Numbered from the stretch's first letter, positions 18,326-28,408 are shown. The stretch: 64,000 nt of DNA from a bacterium (GCA_030697645.1 JAUYPI010000003.1:318-64317), one strand, 5' to 3'. Program-made: numbers and translations. The notes: a model not told the origin generated them from the letters alone.

Positions 18326-18844
18326 TCACGCCGGGCGGACTTTGAGTTTTGTTTGCCGGTCTTTGTCGAGTTTGGGCAATTTTATAATGAGGAGTCCCTG
18401 GCGCGACATCGCTTCGGCCGAGTCGGGGTCCACTTCGGCGGGGAGAAGCACGGTGCGTGAGAACGTGCCCCAGTAGAGCTCGCGGTGGAGATAGTCATCC
18501 TCGGAGATCGTGCGGGCCTCGGAGCGGCTGCCGCGGATCGTGAGCATGTCGCGCGTGATGACGATATCTATCTCATCAGGCTTCACACCGGCGACCATGG
18601 TCTTCACCACGATATCGGAGGGCGTTTGGTAGACGTCAACGGCGAGCTGGCCTTCGCGCGACTCCGCAAGGAGGTCGGCCGCGTTCTCGCTGTCTGTGTC
18701 GAGCGTTGCCTTGTTTTTCCCGATTTCGTTCGCGCCAGCGAGCCCCATACGCTTCGCGAGTGGGACGGTGCGGCCCTCGTCGTCCTCGTTTATTACCTTG
18801 TGTCGTGCGCCGGTGAGGCGCTCAAGAAATGATCGTTTGGACAT
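18326..18844 (-). CDS. Hsp20/alpha-crystallin small heat-shock protein
   Basis: VDVYQT, AGVKP, E..WG.FSR.V.LP..VD, GLL.I.LPK. Confidence 0.93.
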   Translation of the reverse strand: MSKRSFLERLTGARHKVINEDDEGRTVPLAKRMGLAGANEIGKNKATLDTDSENAADLLAESREGQLAVDVYQTPSDIVVKTMVAGVKPDEIDIVITRDMLTIRGSRSEARTISEDDYLHRELYWGTFSRTVLLPAEVDPDSAEAMSRQGLLIIKLPKLDKDRQTKLKVRPA

Positions 18845-18858
18845 TTGTTTACGAGATA

Positions 18859-18965
18859 TTAGGTTTTAGGTTATAGGCCGCTAGGTTCTACGCTCCCTTA
18901 TAGGCTCTCGTTTTATCGTCAAAACCTAACACCTATAACCTAGCATCTAGTTAATAACTGCTAAC
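18859..18965. repeat. Heptamer-periodic hairpin, TTAGGTT/AACCTAA type
   Basis: TTAGGTT TTAGGTT ATAGGCC ... AACCTAA CACCTAT AACCTAG CATCTAG. Confidence 0.7.
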
Positions 18966-19014
18966 AAGGTCGGCGAACGCTTGCTGCTTACTGCATACTG
19001 CTTGTTGCACGTTT

Positions 19015-19692
19015 TCATCCTCTCCGTTTTATTTTCTCAAACAGGATGATAAGCCCAACCATACCTGCCCAGACTGACGCGAAGACGGAGAAGAGGGCGG
19101 AGCCGTTTGAGGTGATTATAAGGAGATTGAAGAGCGCATGCAAGATGACCGCGGCGAGGACCCCGACGAGAAGGTAGTGGTGTCGGACGCTCCGGTGGCG
19201 GTGGAATGAGAGCGCGAGCGCGCCGCCGATTGCTGCGGAGGAGAGCGTGTGGAGGAGGGTCGCGCCGATGAAGCGGAGGTTCCCGGTCACGAGCCCGGCG
19301 AGGAACCCATCCTCCGTGAGTGGACCGATGAGGAAGAAGGCGTTTTCAAGCGCCGCAAACCCGAGCGCGGTCGTCATAAGGTAGATCAGCGCATCTATCG
19401 GCTCATCAACGTAGCGACTCCGGAGGACGAGCACTGCCGCTAGAGCGTATTTTGCGAGTTCTTCTATGACGGCCCAAAGTATGATAGTAGTGCTCGACGC
19501 GCCGTAGATGCTCCACACCCAGCGCTCCAGGGGGATCACGAGCGGCACCGCGAGCATCCCCGCGACGAACGCGAGCGCAATCATCCCGCGCGGCTCCGGG
19601 CGCTTGCGATCTTCATGGCGCCAGAACCAAAGCCAAAAGAGGGCAGGGAGGAAACCGCCGAGGGCGGCGTACAGAATGGTTGTTAGGTGCAT
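19015..19692 (-). CDS. PrsW-family intramembrane metalloprotease
   Basis: D..RPEP, IEELAKY, LGFAALEN, LH, H..FN motifs. Confidence 0.92.
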   Translation of the reverse strand: MHLTTILYAALGGFLPALFWLWFWRHEDRKRPEPRGMIALAFVAGMLAVPLVIPLERWVWSIYGASSTTIILWAVIEELAKYALAAVLVLRSRYVDEPIDALIYLMTTALGFAALENAFFLIGPLTEDGFLAGLVTGNLRFIGATLLHTLSSAAIGGALALSFHRHRSVRHHYLLVGVLAAVILHALFNLLIITSNGSALFSVFASVWAGMVGLIILFEKIKRRG

Positions 19693-19698
19693 GTTTTT

Positions 19699-19785
19699 GG
19701 TACTAGGTGCAAAGTGCACGGTACACGGCGGGAATTACTAGTATGCATCGAGTGTTGCACCTTGCACTGGGCACCGTGCACCTGG
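19699..19785. repeat. Heptamer-periodic hairpin, AGGTGCA/TGCACCT type
   Basis: GGTACTA GGTGCAA AGTGCAC GGTACAC ... TGCACCT TGCACTG GGCACCG TGCACCT. Confidence 0.7.
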
Positions 19786-19788
19786 TGT

Positions 19789-21945
19789 TTACTTCGGCCA
19801 TCGTTCTACGAGCAGCAATTTCTCCTCGCCTTCGCGCCTCGGTATGATCTGCCAAATCGCCTCGGTGAGAAAGGGCATGAATGGGTGGAGGAGGATGAGG
19901 ACTCGGCGCAGGAGGGAGTCGAGGAGTAGCGCCGCCACACGCGCATCCTTCGCGTCCTCTCCCCTCAGGCGCGGCTTCGCCTCCTCTATAATTTTATCAG
20001 CAAACGTGTGCCAGACGTAGTGGTAGAGCTTCTCCGCGGCGACGTGAAGTCGAAAGTGTTCCATGTCGTCGGTAACCTCGCGCGAGAGCTCGTCAAGCTC
20101 GCCGAGGAGTTTGTTGTCGCCCTCGTCTGTATCTTGTATTTTGTATCTTGTATTTTGTATCGTTCCTTCGGCGTTCTCAACAACAAACCGCGCGATGTTC
20201 CAGAGCTTGTTTGAGAAATGCTTGTACCCCTTTATCTTATCCTCGGCAAGCGCGAGCGAAGTGCCTGGAGTGTTACCAACAATGAGTCCCATGCGGAGCG
20301 CGTCGGTACCATATTTTTCGGTGATGGTGAGGGGATCAATGACGTTGCCTTTCGATTTGCTCATTTTTTTCCCATGCGCGTCAAGGACGAGCCCATGGAG
20401 ATAAACGGTGCGAAACGGGACCTGGCCCGTCACATAGAGCGAGAGCATGGTCATGCGCGACACCCAAAAAAAGATAATTTCTCCCGCAGTTTCAAGCACA
20501 TCGGTGGGGAAGAAGGTTTTGAAATCGCTTGAGTCCGGGTAGCCGAGCGCCGCGAACGGCCACTGGCCTGAAGAGAACCAGGTGTCGAACGTATCGGGGT
20601 CTTTTCGTACTGCTCCGCCGCAGCGTGGACACACCCCGATGTTTCCTTCGAGATCAACGAAGCCATCCTCGCAGTGCTCGCAGAGCATAGCGGGGATCGG
20701 GATGCCCCAGACGATTTGCCGTGAGATATTCCAATCAATGATGTTCTCGAGCCAGTGGAGTACTATCTTTTTATAGTAGTCGGGAATGAAGACAACTTCG
20801 CCGCTTTCGATCGCCGTTCTCGCGCGCGCGGCGAGCGGTTGCATGCGTATGAACCACTGCGGTTTTATCTGCGGCTCAATCGGCGTGTCGCATTTGTAGC
20901 AGACACGCACCGTGTGCTTATAGCTCTCGTCGACATGGTCGAGCAGCCCTTTTTGTTTTAGTTTCTCAACGATGAGCGGCCGCGCCTTTTTGATGTGCAT
21001 GCCAGCGAATTCTCCGGCGATGGGAAGCAGCTTTCCGCCCCAATCGATGACTTGCTCCTTATCGAGCCCGTGCCGCTCGGCGATCTCAAAGTCGACGGCG
21101 TCGTGCCAGGGAGTGATGGTCATGACGCCAGTGCCGAAATCTCGGTCAATAGCAGTGTCCTTGATAACAGTCGCCCTGACCGGTCCATTGATCCACTCGA
21201 GCTCCAGAGTCTCGCCATCTCGGTAATTCCGGTAGCGTTCATCATCCGGGTGCATAACCACATATTTGTCGCCGAACTTCGTTTCCGGCCGCGCGGTGCC
21301 GATCGTAAACGGCCCGTATTTGAGATAGTAAAATGCATCGGTGCGCTCTTCGTCCTTGATTTCAAGGTCGGAGAAGGACGTTTGGTGCTTCGGGCACCAG
21401 CTTACGATCCGCTTGCCGCGGTAGAGGAGCTTGTCGTCGGCGAGCCTTTTGAATGTCTGGTAGACGGTGCGCACGACATCCTCGTCCAAGGTGAATTTCT
21501 CGCGGGACCAGTCGCATGAGGCGCCGAGACGGCGTACTTGGCCGTTGATGTTCGCGCGGTTGGCTTGGGTGAACTCCATGATTTCATCATAGAGTTTCTG
21601 CGGCGGCATATCGAAGCGGGAGCGTCCTTCTTTTTCGAGTTTTTTTTCGTACACCACCTGCGTTTCAAATCCCGCGTGGTCATTGCCCGGGAGCCAGAGC
21701 GCGCGCTTGCCACGCATACGCTCGTAGCGCACGAGAATGTCCTCGATCGTCATGACGAGTGCATGGCCCGCATGGAGATTACCGTTCGCGTTCGTCGGCG
21801 GCATGATGAGCGTAAACGCCGTATCGCGCCCGCCCGGGAGTTTGTCCGGGTTAAAGAAACCGCTCTCCTCCCACCTCCGGTAGAGTGCCGCCTCCCACTC
21901 GCGGTGATCGTATGGCTTTTTAAGCCGCTCGTCTGCCATAGGCAT
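19789..21945 (-). CDS. valS: Valine--tRNA ligase (short form, no C-terminal coiled coil)
   Basis: HAGH (HIGH), DWNISRQIVWG, DTWFSS, KMSKS; start uncertain (21939 or 21945). Confidence 0.95.
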   Translation of the reverse strand: MPMADERLKKPYDHREWEAALYRRWEESGFFNPDKLPGGRDTAFTLIMPPTNANGNLHAGHALVMTIEDILVRYERMRGKRALWLPGNDHAGFETQVVYEKKLEKEGRSRFDMPPQKLYDEIMEFTQANRANINGQVRRLGASCDWSREKFTLDEDVVRTVYQTFKRLADDKLLYRGKRIVSWCPKHQTSFSDLEIKDEERTDAFYYLKYGPFTIGTARPETKFGDKYVVMHPDDERYRNYRDGETLELEWINGPVRATVIKDTAIDRDFGTGVMTITPWHDAVDFEIAERHGLDKEQVIDWGGKLLPIAGEFAGMHIKKARPLIVEKLKQKGLLDHVDESYKHTVRVCYKCDTPIEPQIKPQWFIRMQPLAARARTAIESGEVVFIPDYYKKIVLHWLENIIDWNISRQIVWGIPIPAMLCEHCEDGFVDLEGNIGVCPRCGGAVRKDPDTFDTWFSSGQWPFAALGYPDSSDFKTFFPTDVLETAGEIIFFWVSRMTMLSLYVTGQVPFRTVYLHGLVLDAHGKKMSKSKGNVIDPLTITEKYGTDALRMGLIVGNTPGTSLALAEDKIKGYKHFSNKLWNIARFVVENAEGTIQNTRYKIQDTDEGDNKLLGELDELSREVTDDMEHFRLHVAAEKLYHYVWHTFADKIIEEAKPRLRGEDAKDARVAALLLDSLLRRVLILLHPFMPFLTEAIWQIIPRREGEEKLLLVERWPK

Positions 21946-22264
21946 TATCATACAAAGATCGCCCGTACGCCGCAACGGATCGGATCGGCTTTGCGTACCA
22001 TGCTCGCGCGGCGATCCTATTACACAGTACTACACGGTAATGACGCCGTGAGGGCCTTTTTGTGTTGCATTTGCAATAACACTGCGATCGCTTTGTTATT
22101 GCAAATGTACGATTACGATAAAGATTACGGTTCAACAACTGGATTGCTTCCCGCCATGCTTTGCTCTGCACTGTCTGATGTAGGGCTTCGCTCGCGGCTT
22201 CGGCCAAATCGCTCGCAATGCATTAAATGACGGGCGTGAGTGATTACCGTGTGCCGTTTGAAGT

Positions 22265-22292
22265 TTGACAAGACGCCTTTCTTTGCTAGGAT
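22265..22292 (+). promoter_or_regulatory. Sigma70 promoter for the r-protein cluster
   Basis: TTGACA-N16-TAGGAT with extended -10 TG. Confidence 0.7.
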
Positions 22293-22329
22293 GAATGTTG
22301 AGCTCGTCCACGGGCGGGCTTGTTTTAGT

Positions 22330-22674
22330 ATGTCACGGTCGCTGAAGAAAGGTCCCTATGTGGACGCGAAGCTCCTGAAGAAAATCTCCGGCAAGAAGCC
22401 GGAGGACTTCAAGCAGCCCGTCCGCACCTGGGCGCGCCGGAGCCAAATCAGCCCCGAGATGGTCGGGTTCACGTTTGGCGTGCATAATGGACGAGAGCAT
22501 ATACCAGTATTCGTGAGCGAGGAGATGGTGGGGCAGCGGCTCGGCGAATTTTCGTTGACGCGCAAGTTCGTGCGACACGGCGGCAAGATGCAGAAGGAGA
22601 TCGAGACCAAAAAGAAAGAAGCCGAGCTCGCCGCGGCAAAAGCGGCGAAAGAGCCGGCGGGAGTGAAGAAGTAG
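22330..22674 (+). CDS. rpsS: 30S ribosomal protein S19
   Basis: [31 protein letters not shown]. Confidence 0.97.
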   Translation: MSRSLKKGPYVDAKLLKKISGKKPEDFKQPVRTWARRSQISPEMVGFTFGVHNGREHIPVFVSEEMVGQRLGEFSLTRKFVRHGGKMQKEIETKKKEAELAAAKAAKEPAGVKK

Positions 22675-22689
22675 TGTTTATTTTAGGGA

Positions 22690-22777
22690 TTAGTAACTCG
22701 TCACTAGTAACTAGGGACTTCTTCTGTATCGGTTCTCGTCGCTCGTTTCTAGTTACCAGTTACTGATTACCAGTCCC
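22690..22777. repeat. Heptamer-periodic hairpin, TAACTAG/TTACCAG type
   Basis: TAGTAAC TCGTCAC TAGTAAC ... AGTTACC AGTTACT GATTACC. Confidence 0.85.
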
Positions 22778-22784
22778 TCGTTTT

Positions 22785-23108
22785 ATGAGAGCCACCCTCA
22801 AAACCTATCGTCAGTCGCCGCGTAAAGTGCGACTTGTTGCTGATACAATCCGAGGCAAGCGGGTCAGCGAGGCGCTCACCGTGCTCTCGTTTCTTGAGAA
22901 GCGCGCGGCGGCGCCGATCAGAAAATTGCTTGAGTCCGCGGTTGCGAATGCGCGGCAGAATTTCGGCGCTGATCCCGACGGGCTTGCCGTCCGCGAGATC
23001 ACCGTGAACAAGGGCGCGGTTCTCAAACGCTCGATGCCTCGCGCGCGCGGCAGGGCGACGCCGATTCGTAAGAGAACCTCGCATATAAGTATTACTTTGG
23101 GCGAATGA
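22785..23108 (+). CDS. rplV: 50S ribosomal protein L22
   Basis: SPRKVRLVAD.IRG, PRARGRA..IRKRTSHI. Confidence 0.97.
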   Translation: MRATLKTYRQSPRKVRLVADTIRGKRVSEALTVLSFLEKRAAAPIRKLLESAVANARQNFGADPDGLAVREITVNKGAVLKRSMPRARGRATPIRKRTSHISITLGE

Positions 23109-23141
23109 TTTTTAAGTTTGCAGGGTTAGGTTATAGAGTCG

Positions 23142-23259
23142 AATTTTCAATGTACAATTTTCAATTTTCAATCAATTTTGCAATGACTCAATTTTCAAAC
23201 ACGTCGACGTTTATCCGTCGCTCGTCGTCGAAACATTGAAAATTGATAATTGAAAATTT
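23142..23259. repeat. Heptamer-periodic hairpin, AATTTTC type
   Basis: Same family as 8433..8556; ends 6 nt before the rpsC start. Confidence 0.9.
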
Positions 23260-23265
23260 CAACGT

Positions 23266-23928
23266 ATGTCTCACACCGTCCACCCCTACGCCCACCGCCT
23301 CGGCATCATTCGCGACTGGAAGTCGCGCTGGTGGGCGTTGGGTGAACAATACAAAACGCGTCTCCGGGGCGACGTGTTGCTTCGCGAGTATCTTGAGAAG
23401 CGCCTGCGCGGGCTCTATGTGAGTACGATTGAGATGGAGCGCGGCGCGCACATGCTCCGCATCATCGTGAAAACGACGCGCCCGGGGCTCCTCATCGGCC
23501 GCAGTGGCGAGGGCGCGACGCGCCTTCGCGGCGACATCGTGAATTTCCTCAAGAAGCGCCGCGGTCTCCTTGAGAGCGCGGGAGACATCAAACTCGACAT
23601 TGAGGAGGTGCGCTCGCCGGAGTCGAACGCGAAAATCGTCGGCTACATGGTTGTGGACGGCCTCGAGAAGCGCATGCCGTTTCGCCGTGTGCTCAAACAA
23701 ATCGTGGAGAAAGTGATGGCGAATCGGGATGTACTTGGCGTGCGCATAAAGCTCTCCGGCAGGCTCGGGGGTGCCGATATGGCACGGCAGGAGGACGTGC
23801 GTAAGGGTAGGATTCCGCTTCAGACGTTTCGCTCAGACATAGATTTCGCTCGGCTTCGAGCTACGATTCCGCAGGGCGATATCGGTGTGAAGGTGTGGAT
23901 CTATAAAGGAGAGGTGTTTCAGAAGTAA
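23266..23928 (+). CDS. rpsC: 30S ribosomal protein S3
   Basis: HP...RLGI..DWKSRW, RPG..IG, SGRLGGADMAR, GVKVWI. Confidence 0.97.
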   Translation: MSHTVHPYAHRLGIIRDWKSRWWALGEQYKTRLRGDVLLREYLEKRLRGLYVSTIEMERGAHMLRIIVKTTRPGLLIGRSGEGATRLRGDIVNFLKKRRGLLESAGDIKLDIEEVRSPESNAKIVGYMVVDGLEKRMPFRRVLKQIVEKVMANRDVLGVRIKLSGRLGGADMARQEDVRKGRIPLQTFRSDIDFARLRATIPQGDIGVKVWIYKGEVFQK

Positions 23929-23957
23929 AGTAAAGGACGTGAAGATGGTGATGAAAG

Positions 23958-24090
23958 AATTTTCAATTTACAATTTTCAATTTTCAATCAATTTTGCAAT
24001 GAATCAATTTTCAAACACGACGTCGTTCGTCATTGAGTCATTGAAACATTGAAAATTTATTGAAAATTGAAAATTGGGACTTGAAAATTT
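23958..24090. repeat. Heptamer-periodic hairpin, AATTTTC type
   Basis: ACACGACGTCGTTCGTCATTGAGTCATTG core. Confidence 0.9.
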
Positions 24091-24096
24091 TCGACT

Positions 24097-24513
24097 ATGT
24101 TGTTTCCCAAAAAAGTAAAACATCGTAAGTGGCAGAAACACCGGCGTAATCTCTCGAAGGTTGGCGTCGCCTCGCGTGGCACGACGGTCGCATTCGGGTC
24201 GTGGGGCTTGCGCGCGACGAGTTACGGCAGGATCCGTTCGACGCAAATCGAGGCGGCGCGTCGCGTGCTCTCGCGGGGCGTTGCGAAGTCCGGCCGGGTG
24301 TGGATCCGGATATTTCCGGACCGTCCGTATACTGCGAAGCCCCCGGAAGTAGGCATGGGCAAGGGAAAGGGCGACCCGCAGGGCTTTGAAGTCGAGGTGC
24401 TGCCCGGACGGATACTCTTTGAGATAGATGGCCTTGCGCGCGAGGCGGCGCTTGATACGCTTCGTAAGGCCGCGAGCAAGATGCCAGTGAAGACACGGGC
24501 AGTGAGTGCGTAG
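24097..24513 (+). CDS. rplP: 50S ribosomal protein L16
   Basis: MLFPKKVKHRK, QIEAAR, WIRIFPD, MGKGKG. Confidence 0.97.
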   Translation: MLFPKKVKHRKWQKHRRNLSKVGVASRGTTVAFGSWGLRATSYGRIRSTQIEAARRVLSRGVAKSGRVWIRIFPDRPYTAKPPEVGMGKGKGDPQGFEVEVLPGRILFEIDGLAREAALDTLRKAASKMPVKTRAVSA

Positions 24514-24524
24514 TCCTTTACTTT

Positions 24525-24734
24525 ATGAAAAAAGCGACGTATAAAGATATATCCGATGTCGATCTCGCCAAGGCTCTTCGCGAGAAACGCGAGACGCTTC
24601 GCGCATTTCGTTTTGCCTCCTCGGGTGCCAAGGTGAAGAATGTGCACGAGGGACGGAATGTGAGGAGAGATGTGGCGAGGATATTGACGGAGTTGGAGCG
24701 CCGTTCCACTAGTGGGGTGCGTGGGGCAGCGTAA
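24525..24734 (+). CDS. rpmC: 50S ribosomal protein L29
   Basis: Operon position; FRF....KN.....VRRDVARILT. Confidence 0.93.
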   Translation: MKKATYKDISDVDLAKALREKRETLRAFRFASSGAKVKNVHEGRNVRRDVARILTELERRSTSGVRGAA

Positions 24735-24867
24735 TTTCCAATTTTCAATTTTACAATTTTCAATCAATTTTGCAATTACTCAATTTTCAAACACGACATC
24801 GTTCGTCATTGACTCATTGGAGCATTGAAAATTTATTGAAAATTGGAAATTGGAAATTGAAAATTTT
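24733..24867. repeat. Heptamer-periodic hairpin, AATTTTC type
   Basis: Same family as 8433..8556. Confidence 0.9.
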
Positions 24868-24890
24868 TAGCGGCGATTACTTTTAGAGAT

Positions 24891-25148
24891 ATGGTAACTT
24901 CTAATATAAAGTCCCATGTTAGAGGCGGCAGGGTGCTACGCGGTACCGTTGTCTCCGACAAAATGCGCGACACCGTCGCGGTTGTGGTGACGCGCTACGT
25001 GAAGCACCCGCGCGTCGGCAAGTATGTGCGCTGTCGGAAAAAGTATCTCGCGCATGATGCAGGCAACACGCATCACACGGGAGATACTGTCACCATACGG
25101 GAGACCAGGCCCCTGTCTAAACGAAAATCTTTTATCGTTGCCCCGTAG
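24891..25148 (+). CDS. rpsQ: 30S ribosomal protein S17
   Basis: G.VVSDKM..T, HP..GK, AHD, ETRPLSKRK. Confidence 0.97.
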   Translation: MVTSNIKSHVRGGRVLRGTVVSDKMRDTVAVVVTRYVKHPRVGKYVRCRKKYLAHDAGNTHHTGDTVTIRETRPLSKRKSFIVAP

Positions 25149-25256
25149 GGACTCGTAATCAGTAACTCGTAACTAGCAGCCGGCAATTTGGCGTGACTGT
25201 AACAATAGCAAGAGGCGATGTCGCCCCTAGTTACCAGTTACTAGTTACGAGTCCCC
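25148..25256. repeat. Heptamer-periodic hairpin, TAACTAG/TTACCAG type
   Basis: GGGACTCGTAATCAGTAACTCGTAACTAG ... CTAGTTACCAGTTACTAGTTACGAGTCCC. Confidence 0.85.
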
Positions 25257-25262
25257 ACTTAC

Positions 25263-25634
25263 ATGATCCAGCCCCAAACCATCGTCACTATAGCGGACAA
25301 TTCCGGCGGCAAGATCGGACGCATCTTCAAGGTGCCCGGCGGATCGCGCCGCAGGTACGCGCGTCTCGGGGACGTGGTCATTCTCTCGGTGCAGGTCGCG
25401 GAGCCGCGAAAGACTGTGAAGAAGAAAGACATCTGCCACGCGGTCGTCGTGCGGCAGCGGCAGCCCTTTCGCCGGAAGGATGGTTCGTACGTGCGTTTTG
25501 ATGACAACGCCGTGGTGCTCATTGAGAAGGGCAAGCTCGAGCCGCGCGCGAATCGCATCTTCGGCCCGATGCCGCGGGAGCTTGCGGAGAGGGGATACCA
25601 GAAAATAATATCTCTTGCCCCCGAGGTGGTATAG
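25263..25634 (+). CDS. rplN: 50S ribosomal protein L14
   Basis: MIQ, ADNSG, RFDDNAVVLI, KIISLAPEV. Confidence 0.97.
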   Translation: MIQPQTIVTIADNSGGKIGRIFKVPGGSRRRYARLGDVVILSVQVAEPRKTVKKKDICHAVVVRQRQPFRRKDGSYVRFDDNAVVLIEKGKLEPRANRIFGPMPRELAERGYQKIISLAPEVV

Positions 25635-25640
25635 TTTGGG

Positions 25641-25767
25641 AATTTTCAATTTACAATTTTCAATCAATTTTGCAATGGCTCAATTTTCAAACACGACATA
25701 GTCCGTCATTGAGTCATTGGAGCATTGAAAATTATTTGAAAATTGCAAAATTGAAAATTGAAAATTT
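25641..25767. repeat. Heptamer-periodic hairpin, AATTTTC type
   Basis: Same family as 8433..8556. Confidence 0.9.
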
Positions 25768-25791
25768 TTAGCGGCGTGGGAACCCATCGTC

Positions 25792-26100
25792 ATGAAACTG
25801 CATCGTGGTGACAATGTCATAATTATTTCCGGCAAAGACCGTGGTCGCACCGGCACGGTAACGCGCGCGCTTCCTGCGAGCGAGCAGGTGATTATTGACG
25901 GCCTCAATATGCGGAAGCGTCACCGCCGTCCGCGTCGCGCGAATGAGAAAGGGCAGATTGTCGATCTTGCGCACCCGATTCATATCTCGAACGTGATGCT
26001 TGTTGACCCGAAGACAGGGAAGCCTACGCGGGTGGGGTACAGGATGGAGGGAGGAAAGAAAATAAGGTTCGCCAAAAAAAGTGGAGCCGCACTCATCTGA
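25792..26100 (+). CDS. rplX: 50S ribosomal protein L24
   Basis: GD.V.IISGKDRG, PIHISNV, TRVG. Confidence 0.97.
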   Translation: MKLHRGDNVIIISGKDRGRTGTVTRALPASEQVIIDGLNMRKRHRRPRRANEKGQIVDLAHPIHISNVMLVDPKTGKPTRVGYRMEGGKKIRFAKKSGAALI

Positions 26101-26145
26101 ATAAGCGTAAAGCGCAAAGCGAAAAGCGCAAAAAAAAACAGTAAA

Positions 26146-26288
26146 AAATTTCAAGCTCCAACCAACAAGCTCCAAACAAATTTCAAATTCCAATGCATCA
26201 AATCTCAAACACGCACGTCGTGTTTGGAAATTGGATTTTGAATATTGAGATTTGTTTGGAGACGGGTTTTTTTGGAATTTGGAAATTA
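26146..26288. repeat. Heptamer-periodic hairpin, TTGGAAA/AAGCTCC type
   Basis: Near-identical to 29619..29776 and to 6185..6327 (reverse). Confidence 0.9.
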
Positions 26289-26296
26289 GTGAACGT

Positions 26297-26827
26297 ATGG
26301 TTACCGAAAAATTACAAAGCGCTTTCGGCGCTCTCAAAGACCGTTTTGGCTATACCAACATATGGCAGGCTCCTCGCCTTGTGAAGATTGTCGTCTCGGT
26401 CGGCGCGGGCCGCGTGAGCAAAGACGAGAAGCGGCTCGCGCTGATTGCAGACCGGCTCGCGAAGATCACGGGGCAGAAGGCGGCACCCCGCGCCGCAAAG
26501 AAAGCGATCGCTTCGTTCAAGTCGCGGCAGGGGGACATCGTGGGTTACCAGGTGACGCTCCGCGGTCGACGGGCGCGCGATTTCCTCACGCGGCTTATCT
26601 CGATTGCCCTGCCGCGCACGCGTGACTTCCGCGGTGTTGCGCGCAGTTCTGTTGACGAGATGGGCAACTGCACCGTCGGCATTTCGGAGCACATTATCTT
26701 CCCCGAGAGCGCGGACGAGGAGTCGCGCGACATCTTCGGCTTTGCGGCGACGATTGTTACCACAGCCCATACGCGAGACGAGGCGCTCGCTTTCCTTGAG
26801 CACCTCGGCATGCCGTTTACAAAGTGA
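26297..26827 (+). CDS. rplE: 50S ribosomal protein L5
   Basis: PRL.KIVV, ITGQK, AKKAIASFK.R.G, VTLRG, PR.RDFRG. Confidence 0.97.
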   Translation: MVTEKLQSAFGALKDRFGYTNIWQAPRLVKIVVSVGAGRVSKDEKRLALIADRLAKITGQKAAPRAAKKAIASFKSRQGDIVGYQVTLRGRRARDFLTRLISIALPRTRDFRGVARSSVDEMGNCTVGISEHIIFPESADEESRDIFGFAATIVTTAHTRDEALAFLEHLGMPFTK

Positions 26828-26950
26828 CTCGTGTTCGACTATAGTTTTCGGAGAAGTGAATGGTTTTTTGCTTCGTTTGCAATCGATCGCGCGTCCCTGC
26901 GGTTCCGACCGTTCGGGGCGCTGTCTTTTTTTTGGCGTGACGATGCGCGT

Positions 26951-26979
26951 TTGACTTCAGCGCGGAGTTTCGCTACTAT
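26951..26979 (+). promoter_or_regulatory. Internal sigma70 promoter upstream of rpsN
   Basis: TTGACT-N17-TACTAT. Confidence 0.65.
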
Positions 26980-27029
26980 AAAGCCCGAGCCCACTGAGCT
27001 GCGGGCTTCTTCATTGCTTTTGGAAAGGT

Positions 27030-27215
27030 ATGGCGAAGACATCGGTCATTGCACGGGCTTTGAAGCCCCCCAAATTCCGCTCGCGGGTCGTGCGGCGGTG
27101 TTTTCGGTGTGGCAGGAAGCGCGGCTATATGAGTGACTTCGATCTCTGCCGCATCTGCTTCCGTGAGCTCGCGAATGAAGGGATGATACCGGGCATTAGA
27201 AAGTCGAGCTGGTGA
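27030..27215 (+). CDS. rpsN: 30S ribosomal protein S14 (zinc type)
   Basis: RCFRCGR....CRICFRELA..G.IPG..KSSW. Confidence 0.97.
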   Translation: MAKTSVIARALKPPKFRSRVVRRCFRCGRKRGYMSDFDLCRICFRELANEGMIPGIRKSSW

Positions 27216-27230
27216 TTTTTTTAACGAGGG

Positions 27231-27313
27231 GTTAGTAATCAGTAACTGGTAACTGGGGACGGGATGGCGTCGCGTCCTAGTGACTAGTTACCAGTGACTA
27301 GTCCCCAGTAACC
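27231..27313. repeat. Heptamer-periodic hairpin, TAACTGG/TTACCAG type
   Basis: TAGTAAT CAGTAAC TGGTAAC TGGGGAC ... AGTGACT AGTTACC AGTGACT AGTCCCC. Confidence 0.85.
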
Positions 27314-27700
27314 ATGGATCCTATCGCCGACATGTTGATACGTTTCAAAAACGCGGGGAGCGCGCGGAAGCCCTCGGTTTTTGTGCCGTATTCAAAGATG
27401 AAGTTCTCGATCGCGACGCTCCTTGCGCGCGAGGGTTTTCTTGGCGGCGTGACGCGTCGCACGCGCCGCGGCAAAAAAATGCTCGAGTGCATGCTGCGCT
27501 CTGGGGAGGGAAACTCCGGGATCCGCGGCGTGCGACGCCTCTCGAAGCTCTCGCGGCGAGTCTACCTCGGCGCTGACGGCATTCGCCGCGTGCGGCAGGG
27601 TTTCGGGCGGCTAGTACTCTCGACCCCAAAAGGCATCATGACCGGCGAGGAAGCGCGGAAAGAGCATGTGGGAGGGGAGGCGCTGTTCACCATTTGGTAA
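27314..27700 (+). CDS. rpsH: 30S ribosomal protein S8
   Basis: MDPIADML, SK..RRVY, STPKGIMT, VGGE. Confidence 0.97.
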   Translation: MDPIADMLIRFKNAGSARKPSVFVPYSKMKFSIATLLAREGFLGGVTRRTRRGKKMLECMLRSGEGNSGIRGVRRLSKLSRRVYLGADGIRRVRQGFGRLVLSTPKGIMTGEEARKEHVGGEALFTIW

Positions 27701-27742
27701 AACATTTATGGAGTAAAGTAACCGCTTTTTTTGAGAAGCTAA

Positions 27743-27860
27743 AATTTTCAATTTTCAATGTTTCAATGACGCAATGACGAGTGGCGGACGAATGTCGACG
27801 TGTTTGAAAATTGATTCATTGCAAAATTGATTGAAAATTGGAAATTGTAAATTGAAAATT
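27743..27860. repeat. Heptamer-periodic hairpin, AATTTTC type (reverse orientation)
   Basis: Core GTCGACGTGTTTG is the reverse complement of the 23142 copy. Confidence 0.9.
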
Positions 27861-27871
27861 CAGACTATACT

Positions 27872-28408
27872 ATGTCTCGTTACGGCAAACAACCTATCAC
27901 GATTCCCGTGGGCGTTGACGTCACCCTCGGCGACGGCGGTGAAATTACTGTCGGCGGTGCGCACGGTACGCTCGCGCGTGTTTTTCGTTCGGAGATCGAG
28001 ATTCGTAAAGATGACAATGCGCTCCTTCTCGCGCCGAGAGCGAAGACCGAGCTCGCCCACGCGCTCTGGGGCACCTACGCGGCGCACCTGCGCAACATGA
28101 TCCAGGGCGTGCGCGAGCCGTTTGTGAAGAAGCTGGTGATAGAGGGCGTCGGCTTTCGGGCAGAGGCCGCAGGCGAGACGCTGACGCTCCAGCTCGGCTT
28201 TTCGCACCCGGTGAAAGTCGCGATACCGAAAGGGATTGCGGCAAAGGTGGAGAAGGGCACCATCACGATTACCGGCGCGGACAAGGAGCTCGTGGGGGAA
28301 TTTGCAGCGCGGGTCCGGGCGCTCAAGAAGCCGGAGCCGTACAAGGGCAAGGGGATTCGCTATGAGGGTGAGGTCGTGCGTAGGAAGCAGGGGAAGAAAT
28401 CGGTGTAA
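27872..28408 (+). CDS. rplF: 50S ribosomal protein L6
   Basis: MSR.GK.PI, GVGFRA, LGFSHP, PEPYKGKGIRY. Confidence 0.97.
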   Translation: MSRYGKQPITIPVGVDVTLGDGGEITVGGAHGTLARVFRSEIEIRKDDNALLLAPRAKTELAHALWGTYAAHLRNMIQGVREPFVKKLVIEGVGFRAEAAGETLTLQLGFSHPVKVAIPKGIAAKVEKGTITITGADKELVGEFAARVRALKKPEPYKGKGIRYEGEVVRRKQGKKSV